This document shows positions 28,945-35,828 of a DNA stretch of 64,000 nt, piece by piece. The notes under the pieces are model-generated. The model was not told the DNA's origin. It searched no databases and saw only the letters and a list, made by a program, of their open reading frames with translations. The stretch spans positions 7,263 through 71,262 of the forward strand of contig JADBYT010000021.1 of the NCBI GenBank assembly GCA_020402865.1, written 5' to 3'. Made by a program: the position numbers and the translations under genes. How positions within the stretch are numbered: the first letter of the stretch is position 1; every line of letters begins with the position of its first letter. This DNA comes from Bacteroidota bacterium (GTDB lineage Bacteria; Bacteroidota; Bacteroidia; Palsa-965).

Positions 28945-29739
28945 TCAGGGTTTGATGAGCGGAACGGAATTCATGGCAGACAAACTGCCCAGGGCGGCAT
29001 GCGCTGTAAGATCAAACTGAGCCGGCACAACTGACACATAGCCGTGATGCAGCGCCCATACATCAGTATCATCCGCATCGGGTTCAAAACTCTCAAAATG
29101 GCCGGTGAGCCAGAAATAAGTTCGTCCAGAAGGATCTGTACGCTCATCAAGGTCTTCAATCCATGAAGCACGGCCCTGACGGCATACTTTAACGCCTTTA
29201 ATTTCGTCGATATGCAGTTTGGGGATATTTACATTCAGGCAAACGCCTTCGGGCAATCCGCGTTCAAGTACCTGCGCAATAATAGTTGCCGCTGCGGCTT
29301 TGGCGGCAGTAAAATCGGCTTCAATGGAATGATTGAGCAACGAAAAACCAACAGCCGGTATGCCTTCAATTGCAGCTTCAATTGCAGCCGACATGGTGCC
29401 TGAGTAAATAATATTGATGGAGTGATTGGCACCGTGGTTGATACCCGACACACAGAGATCGGGCATGCGCGGCAAGAGTTTATTCACAGCCATCTTCACA
29501 CAATCAACCGGTGTGCCGCTGCAACTCCATGCTTCGGCACCGGCATGCGCATTTACTTTATCTACACGCAGTGTGGAATTAATGGTAATGGCATGCCCCA
29601 TTCCCGACTGCGGTTTATCGGGCGCTACCACCACCACATCGCCAAACGAGCGGGCCACTTCCACCAGCGCGGCAATACCAGGCGCATAAATACCATCGTC
29701 GTTGGTAACAAGGATGAGCGGACGCTTTTGTGCTGTCAT
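28945..29739 (-). CDS. surE: 5'/3'-nucleotidase SurE.
   Basis: The internal ATG at 29739 gives MTAQKRPLILVTNDDGIYAPGIAALVEVA…VVAPDKPQSGMGHAITIN (SurE signature). The ORF-track ORF extends to 29883 through an implausible leader. Confidence 0.85.
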   Translation of the reverse strand: MTAQKRPLILVTNDDGIYAPGIAALVEVARSFGDVVVVAPDKPQSGMGHAITINSTLRVDKVNAHAGAEAWSCSGTPVDCVKMAVNKLLPRMPDLCVSGINHGANHSINIIYSGTMSAAIEAAIEGIPAVGFSLLNHSIEADFTAAKAAAATIIAQVLERGLPEGVCLNVNIPKLHIDEIKGVKVCRQGRASWIEDLDERTDPSGRTYFWLTGHFESFEPDADDTDVWALHHGYVSVVPAQFDLTAHAALGSLSAMNSVPLIKP

Positions 29740-29858
29740 TTTACAAAAATAGGGAAAGCCCCACCATCCAAACCGGCCTGAATCAGGAGTAATGAAGAGC
29801 AGAATGTTGATAAGGGCAATGTACCGGCCGCCCATGCCGGGCATATCCGGCTGTGTAG

Positions 29859-32800
29859 ATGATGCATGGCACGAACAGCGCACCCGGAAACCGCCCCGCC
29901 ATTAACAGAATACCGGTACATTTGTGCGTGCAAAATTTCACCGTTTACAAATCTTCGGCCGGATCGGGTAAAACTTTTACACTGGTAAAGGAATACCTTA
30001 AACTGGCATTGGCCGACGAGGCCGATCCGCCGCAGGTGTACAAGCATATTCTGGCGGTGACATTTACCAATAAGGCCGCGGCAGAAATGAAACAGCGTAT
30101 CATTTCGGCCCTCAAGGAATTGTCGCATGCACAGTCGGGCAAACCCTCTGCCATGGCTCAGGCGCTGGGCAGCGAACTCCTGCTCGACCCGTTTACACTG
30201 GCCGACAGGGCGCAACGTGTGCTAAAAGCAATTCTGCACAACTATACCGACTTTGCCATTGGTACCATTGATGCGTTTGTGCACAGGATTGTGCGCGCCT
30301 TTGCATTCGACCTGCACCTGCCTGTGAACTTTGAAGTGGAAACCGATGCTGACAAGCTGTTGCGGCAGGCGGTTGATCTGCTTATCGGCCGCATTGGCAG
30401 CGACGAACAGCTTACCGAAGTGCTCGTGCAGTTTGCCGAAGCCAAAACGGAAGAAGACCGCAACTGGCAAATTGAACAGGAGCTGCTCACTACGGCACGC
30501 CACCTGCTTGGTGAAGAAGGTGCTGCCAAAGCCGAGCGCCTGCGTAATCTTTCGCTGAACGACTTTCTCGGGTTCCGCGATACACTGCGGAAATCAACCG
30601 AAGCATTCAAAACCTTGATAAAACAAACAGCCGCAAAAGGTGTGCAGCACATTGAACTTTCGGGGATACCGGTTTCGGCATTTTATCACGGCAGCAGCGG
30701 AGTGCCCAAATGGTTCGACGATCTGGCCCAAGGTACGCTTGAAAAGCTGGCCGATTACAGCAGTTATGTAAAACATAGTTTCGAAGAAGACAAATGGTAT
30801 TCGGCCAAAACGCCGGCGGCGCAAAAGGCGGCAATTGATGAACTGAAGCCGCAACTCAGCGAACTGTATGCAAAGCTGCTGGCCTTACGCGATAAGCATT
30901 ACGGCACGTATTTAATACACACGCTGCTGCTGAAAAACATCTATGCCATTGCCGCACTCAACGAAATAGAAAAACTCATTTTCAGTTTCCGCGCCGATCA
31001 GAACATTGTACATATTTCTGAATTCAATCGGATTATTTCAAAAATTGTGTTTGCCGAGCCCGTGCCGTTTATTTACGAACGCCTGGGCGAACGCTACACC
31101 AATTACCTGATCGACGAGTTTCAGGATACATCGGTGCTGCAATGGCAAAACCTGCTTCCGCTCATTGACAATGCTTTGGGAGGAGGAAATTTCACGATGC
31201 TCGTGGGCGACGGGAAACAGGCTATTTACCGCTGGCGCGGCGGCGAAGTGGAACAGTTTGCCCGCCTGCCGTATGTGAAACAGGATGCCGAAAACGAAAT
31301 TATTGCTGATCGCCAGCAAAGTTTAATACGCAACTATCGCGGGTTGCAGCTTGCCCGGAATTTCAGGAGTAAAACTGAAATTGTACAGTTTAACAATGCA
31401 CTTTTCCGCTTGCTGGCGCAGGATTTAACGGCAGGCTATCAGGATATATACGATAAGTTAGAGCAGGAATCAGACACCGCCAACACAGGAGGCAGTGTGT
31501 GTATTGAGCGGCTTGTACCCGAAAAAGGCGACGACGAAAAAGAGCTTCATGTGCAGCGCACGCTTGAAAAAGTGCATGAATTACGCGCACAAGGCTGGGA
31601 ATTGCAGGACATAGCCATACTCACCCGTACCAACAACGAAGGCTCGCGCATTGCGGCGGCACTGCTTGATGCAGGTTATCCGGTTATTTCGTCGGAGTCG
31701 TTGCTCATCAGCCGCTCGCCTGCCGTTGGCTTTGTGCTGGCGGTGCTGCGCATTATCGAACTTCCGTCTGACGCGATTGCGCGCACGCAAATGCTCGGAT
31801 TCTTAGTAAATACCGGCCGTATTCACGGCACATTGCACAGCCTGCTGGAGGAAGCTGCAAAGGACGGACTCGCCGCATTACTGCAAAAGCATAACCTTAT
31901 TTTCAACGAGCTGGTACTGGCACGCATGCCTTTGTATCAGCGTTGCGAAGAAATTATTCGCCGGTTCAGACTGGATAATGAACCAGATGCCTACCTGCTT
32001 TTTTTCCTCGATGAAGTGCTGAGTTTTGGAATGGGACGGGGCAATAATCCCGCCGATTTTCTGAACTGGTGGACAGATCGCAGCTACAAGGCTTCTGTGG
32101 TAGTGCCCGAAGGCATGAATGCCGTGCGCGTAATGACCATTCACAAATCAAAAGGACTGGAATTTCCGGTGGTAATTTTCCCGTTTGCCAATTGGAAATT
32201 CGAAACAAGCCGTAAGGATTTGTGGATTGATCTGGATGACGAGGCACTGCCCGGACTGGAAACTGCAGTGGTTTCTGTAAACGAAAGTTTGCTGCACACT
32301 TCTTATGCCGCGCAATATGAAGAAGAGCGCAACAAATCGCTGCTCGATCATTTGAATGTGCTGTATGTGGCGCTTACACGACCTGAACACCGGCTTTATG
32401 TTTTTACCGGACGCAGCGGCAAAGATGCAGGCACGGAACTGAAAACAGCGTCAGACTGCTTTGCGCGTTTTCTGACAGCCACCGGCGAAGATGCTGAAGA
32501 AACCGTGTATCTTCTCGGCGAAGAAACACCACCTTCGGGGCAGCAACGCAGGCCGGGCGAGTTTTTGAACACCGGCGCTGCAAAAGTTACCGACTGGACC
32601 GAGCGCATAAGCATACGTTCACATGCCCGTGAGCTTTGGACAGACGAGAAAGAGCAGCCGGGCGATAAACACAAGTTGCTGCGCCTGCTTCTCAGTCATT
32701 GCCGCACAGCTGACGATGTGCAGGATGCTGCCCGCCGACTTGTGCTTGAAGGCGTGGCGGAAGACACACAGGCCTTTCTGCTTGCGCATGAAGCCACTCA

Positions 32801-33077
32801 ACTCATACGCCAACCCGCTTTGCAACCGTTTTTTGATGCCGCCAGCCCTATCAGCTCAAACGCCGAACTGCTGTTGCCTGCATCAGGCAGCATAAAGATT
32901 GACCGCGTAACCGACACCGGCGAAAAACTGCTGCTGCTGAATTTTGTTACAGGCATGCCCGCAAAACCGCGAAGAGAAATACTTTTGGCGGCAGCAGCAT
33001 TGGAAAAGAAGAAAAAAACAGAAGCCTGGTTGTATTTTTTGCAGGACGGGAAGTTGTGTAAGGCCACAGAGGTCTGA
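29859..33077 (+). CDS. UvrD/Rep-family ATP-dependent helicase, AddA/RecB-like (helicase-nuclease).
   Basis: 1072 aa. Walker A VYKSSAGSGKTFTL, UvrD motifs (AVTFTNKAAAEMKQR, DEFQDTS, VGDGKQAIYRWRGG, MTIHKSKGLEFPVV, VLYVALTR), and a long C-terminal extension. The true start may be downstream of 29859. Confidence 0.8.
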   Translation: MMHGTNSAPGNRPAINRIPVHLCVQNFTVYKSSAGSGKTFTLVKEYLKLALADEADPPQVYKHILAVTFTNKAAAEMKQRIISALKELSHAQSGKPSAMAQALGSELLLDPFTLADRAQRVLKAILHNYTDFAIGTIDAFVHRIVRAFAFDLHLPVNFEVETDADKLLRQAVDLLIGRIGSDEQLTEVLVQFAEAKTEEDRNWQIEQELLTTARHLLGEEGAAKAERLRNLSLNDFLGFRDTLRKSTEAFKTLIKQTAAKGVQHIELSGIPVSAFYHGSSGVPKWFDDLAQGTLEKLADYSSYVKHSFEEDKWYSAKTPAAQKAAIDELKPQLSELYAKLLALRDKHYGTYLIHTLLLKNIYAIAALNEIEKLIFSFRADQNIVHISEFNRIISKIVFAEPVPFIYERLGERYTNYLIDEFQDTSVLQWQNLLPLIDNALGGGNFTMLVGDGKQAIYRWRGGEVEQFARLPYVKQDAENEIIADRQQSLIRNYRGLQLARNFRSKTEIVQFNNALFRLLAQDLTAGYQDIYDKLEQESDTANTGGSVCIERLVPEKGDDEKELHVQRTLEKVHELRAQGWELQDIAILTRTNNEGSRIAAALLDAGYPVISSESLLISRSPAVGFVLAVLRIIELPSDAIARTQMLGFLVNTGRIHGTLHSLLEEAAKDGLAALLQKHNLIFNELVLARMPLYQRCEEIIRRFRLDNEPDAYLLFFLDEVLSFGMGRGNNPADFLNWWTDRSYKASVVVPEGMNAVRVMTIHKSKGLEFPVVIFPFANWKFETSRKDLWIDLDDEALPGLETAVVSVNESLLHTSYAAQYEEERNKSLLDHLNVLYVALTRPEHRLYVFTGRSGKDAGTELKTASDCFARFLTATGEDAEETVYLLGEETPPSGQQRRPGEFLNTGAAKVTDWTERISIRSHARELWTDEKEQPGDKHKLLRLLLSHCRTADDVQDAARRLVLEGVAEDTQAFLLAHEATQLIRQPALQPFFDAASPISSNAELLLPASGSIKIDRVTDTGEKLLLLNFVTGMPAKPRREILLAAAALEKKKKTEAWLYFLQDGKLCKATEV

Positions 33078-33099
33078 GTATTTTCGGAATTATTCTGCA

Positions 33100-33132
33100 T
33101 AAAAAACCGGTTCCTGCAAAAGCAGAAACCGG
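33100..33132 (-). terminator. Intrinsic terminator for the caspase/TIR–STING operon (read on the - strand).
   Basis: Compound hairpin CCGGTTcCTGCaaaaGCAGaAACCGG at 33107–33132 preceded on the + strand by AAAAAAA (33100–33106), which is a U-tract on the - strand transcript. It lies 43 nt after the stop of the 33175..34113 gene. Confidence 0.55.
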
Positions 33133-33174
33133 CAGCACACAGCAATCACAAATACACATCGGAAGGAATAAGGA

Positions 33175-34113
33175 TTACTGGTGCATTGGGGTGACATGAA
33201 CTATTTTTTGGCATAACGTATCACGTGCGATGTAATGTGAAAGTACCCGGGAAAAATTATTCATTTCACGAATTATCACTTCCTCTTTTGATTCGTTATT
33301 GCCAAAATAGGTTTGGGGAAAAAGCATGTTAATGGCTGCTTCAATTGCTAAGGGCGAAGAAGGTATTATACAAAACTCAATGCGGTTATCAGGAACACGC
33401 AAGTTCCGGTATGCCGCAAATACAGCCCCTTTGCACTCACAAATTATCTTCTTCCATTTTGACTGTGAAAAAAAATAATCAACTGCCGCAAGCGTATGAT
33501 CGTGAATCGAATTGGAAACTAAAATGTGTAGTGATAACTGTTTAATGTTGGCGCCCAATGCATAATTCGGGAGGTTTTCTTTCAGATACACAACCAATGG
33601 CGAAACACAATTAATGTAATACTCATAGGCCAGCACACCCGATGAAAATTTACTCAAAGCCACATTATCCTGTTGTTTCAGAATCTGATTGCGAATAGTA
33701 TTCACCACAGAAAGTAAGCTCAATCTGTCTTCATCAGCTGCACCGGTATTAAACTTTAAAACTACCACACCATCAAGATCAGATGGCAGTTTCACCTTTT
33801 CGTCGCAAATAAGAAATGTGAAATTGTATCCTTTAGCTCCGTCGAAAAGACCAAACTCATACAATACATTATCGCGTGTTGCTGAGTAAATTTCATTTCT
33901 GTATGCTAACTTATCATCGGCCGTAGCCACAAATATCCCGAAATCATAATAGTTCAGCGATCGTTGTAGAATTTGACTTACAGTTTCACCACTTCTGAAC
34001 ACGCCTTCGTTCCAAAGTGTGGCATCGAGTTCTGGTTTAAGTAATGTTTTTACTTTTTCGGCTGCTGCGAGCCCCTCTTTCGAGGATCCGATAAATATTT
34101 TTAGTGGCACCAT
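33175..34113 (-). CDS. TIR-like domain fused to a STING-like cyclic-dinucleotide-binding domain (CBASS Cap12 / bacterial TIR–STING-like effector).
   Basis: 312 aa, ATG at 34113 confirmed. The N-terminal approx. 140 aa show the COG4271-type TIR-like pattern KIFIGSSKEG…LWNEGVF…GETV…DFGIFVATADD. The C-terminal approx. 160 aa carry SGVLAYEYYINCV…LSLHILVSNS…YRNLR…EFCIIPSSPLAIEAAINM, paralleling the STING CBD elements GLAWSYYIGYL…LYILLPLD…R238… (recalled human and bacterial STING features). The gene is AT-rich. Confidence 0.6.
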   Translation of the reverse strand: MVPLKIFIGSSKEGLAAAEKVKTLLKPELDATLWNEGVFRSGETVSQILQRSLNYYDFGIFVATADDKLAYRNEIYSATRDNVLYEFGLFDGAKGYNFTFLICDEKVKLPSDLDGVVVLKFNTGAADEDRLSLLSVVNTIRNQILKQQDNVALSKFSSGVLAYEYYINCVSPLVVYLKENLPNYALGANIKQLSLHILVSNSIHDHTLAAVDYFFSQSKWKKIICECKGAVFAAYRNLRVPDNRIEFCIIPSSPLAIEAAINMLFPQTYFGNNESKEEVIIREMNNFSRVLSHYIARDTLCQKIVHVTPMHQ

Positions 34114-34116
34114 AAA

Positions 34117-35115
34117 TCAGAACATTCCTTTTTTCGACATTTTCCAATAAAGTTTCCCGGACAAGGTAAGTTCTGCGGCCCCGTTTCTCATGGCTGCCCA
34201 GTATAAGTCTTCTTCCGGCTCGCAAGGTTTAAGCAAACCGGCATCGCGGAGTTTTTTGAACACCTTAAACTTCTTCACGTTTTCAGGATTCATAAATTCT
34301 TTCTCCGTTTCCTCCCAGCTTTTATCCATTTTCACCTTCGAATCAGGTGTAATGAATAACTCAGGAAGCCGATGTAGTTCATTTATAGTCAACCGCGTAT
34401 GTGCTTTCCGAATCAGATGCAACCGGTCTGTATGCGTTTTAAACTGCGGGCGTTGCTGCCAGGCACCAAGCATCTGATCGGCATAATTATATAAACTGGC
34501 AGCAGTAACCCGGCCAAGAATATCAGCAGCACCACCATTTAATCCATCACACAGTATTCCGGTAAAAAGCCCGCCATTGCTGTTTTCCCATGAAAGTTCC
34601 TTTGGGGAGCTTGAGGTAAGAATTGATAGGCCGGGAGAAAGCAGTGCATGTGGAATATCGAGAGATGAAAAGTTACCTAAATGACCGGCATAGCAGCAAT
34701 CCAATATCAGTGTAACCTCTTTTATTTTTCGTTTGGCGAGGGCATCATTTGCCAGCGCAAGAAGTTCGGAAACGGGAAATCCCTCATTAAATTTTTCGGG
34801 ATTCTGAGCCACAAGAAAACCTTCGAGATTATTCTCATAGCCATGTCCTGAAAAATAAAATAAAACACGGTCATCAGGTGTTCGGAACAGGTCGTGAATA
34901 TTTTCTCTCAGTTTCCTTAATGTTACATTCGTAACGGGTGAAGTAATTAGTTTACAATCATAATTTATAGAACCATCATGATGACGACTCAGTAATTTAT
35001 TCATTGCAATTGCATCAGGAACGCTTCCTTTAAGCGGTGAAGTGGCATAATCATTAATGCCAACAATTAAAGCACGGGCCATGAGTTTATGAATTAGTGT
35101 GGAAGCAAACATCAT
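34117..35115 (-). CDS. Caspase-family (peptidase C14, metacaspase/orthocaspase-like) protein with an approx. 130-aa C-terminal extension.
   Basis: 332 aa from the ATG at 35115 (the ORF track begins one codon earlier on TTG). N-terminal RALIVGINDY (metacaspase-like start), catalytic His in FYFSGHG, catalytic Cys in LILDCCYAG. Stop is 3 nt before the TIR–STING start. Confidence 0.7.
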   Translation of the reverse strand: MMFASTLIHKLMARALIVGINDYATSPLKGSVPDAIAMNKLLSRHHDGSINYDCKLITSPVTNVTLRKLRENIHDLFRTPDDRVLFYFSGHGYENNLEGFLVAQNPEKFNEGFPVSELLALANDALAKRKIKEVTLILDCCYAGHLGNFSSLDIPHALLSPGLSILTSSSPKELSWENSNGGLFTGILCDGLNGGAADILGRVTAASLYNYADQMLGAWQQRPQFKTHTDRLHLIRKAHTRLTINELHRLPELFITPDSKVKMDKSWEETEKEFMNPENVKKFKVFKKLRDAGLLKPCEPEEDLYWAAMRNGAAELTLSGKLYWKMSKKGMF

Positions 35116-35185
35116 CAAAACACATTCATAATTTTTCCTCAGTTCCCACTATTTTAAATCCTTAGAACTATGGATTTATTAAAAT

Positions 35186-35818
35186 TTAAGCTAATCCCAT
35201 TTCCACAGCCTTACGTACAAGGCCAAGTGTACCTTTCACACCAAGTTTGGCAATCAGGTTGCGGCGGTGTGTTTCAACGGTGCTGGCGGCAATAAAAAGT
35301 TTTTCGGCAATTTCGGGAGTGGTACATTCTCGGGCAATAAGGCGTAAAATTTCCTCTTCACGCCGTGTGAGTTTCACGTTTTTTATTTCCTCTTTTTTCC
35401 TTTTGCTGCTGCGTATTACAGCCATAATTTCCTGACTGAAATAAATACGCCCTGCGGCAAGTTCCTTAATAGCCAGCACCAATTGTTCAGCACCTCTGGT
35501 TTTGAGAATGTAACCCGACACGCCCACATCAATCAGTTCATCCACATGTTCTGACTGATCGGAATACGTAACAATGAGAATGGGAATATCAGGAAATTCA
35601 ATTCGCATGAGTTTGGCCACTTCAATGCCTGAAATTCCGGGCATACCAATATCAAGCACCAGTACATCGGGCATATGTGCTCTTACCAGAGGCAGCACTT
35701 CATTTCCGTTGTTTGCTTCGGCCACAATACTGATACTGTCGCCGGCAAGGCTTTTCAGTACATCATTGAGGCCATCAATAAACATTTTGTGATCGTCGGC
35801 AATAATTAAGCGTATCAT
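35186..35818 (-). CDS. LuxR/NarL-family two-component response regulator.
   Basis: The internal ATG at 35818 gives MIRLIIADDHKMFIDGL… (receiver domain; Asp in VLDIGMPG) and a C-terminal LuxR HTH (LTRREEEILRLIARECTTPEIAEKLFIAASTVETHRRNLIAKLGV). The ORF-track extension to 35914 overlaps the kinase. Confidence 0.85.
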   Translation of the reverse strand: MIRLIIADDHKMFIDGLNDVLKSLAGDSISIVAEANNGNEVLPLVRAHMPDVLVLDIGMPGISGIEVAKLMRIEFPDIPILIVTYSDQSEHVDELIDVGVSGYILKTRGAEQLVLAIKELAAGRIYFSQEIMAVIRSSKRKKEEIKNVKLTRREEEILRLIARECTTPEIAEKLFIAASTVETHRRNLIAKLGVKGTLGLVRKAVEMGLA

Positions 35819-35828
35819 AAGCGTTGGT

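Noticed and set aside
29739-29883. Overlap of the annotated surE (-) and helicase (+) ORF starts.
   Set aside because: Both track ORFs are 5'-extended. Using the internal ATG for surE (29739) removes the overlap and leaves an ordinary divergent promoter region.
35116-35118. ORF-track Met at a TTG codon for the caspase gene. The same applies to an apparent non-ATG start for ORF 37985..38410.
   Set aside because: The six-frame track treats alternative start codons as M. The adjacent ATG (35115) was preferred. ORF 37985..38410 is kept only at low confidence.
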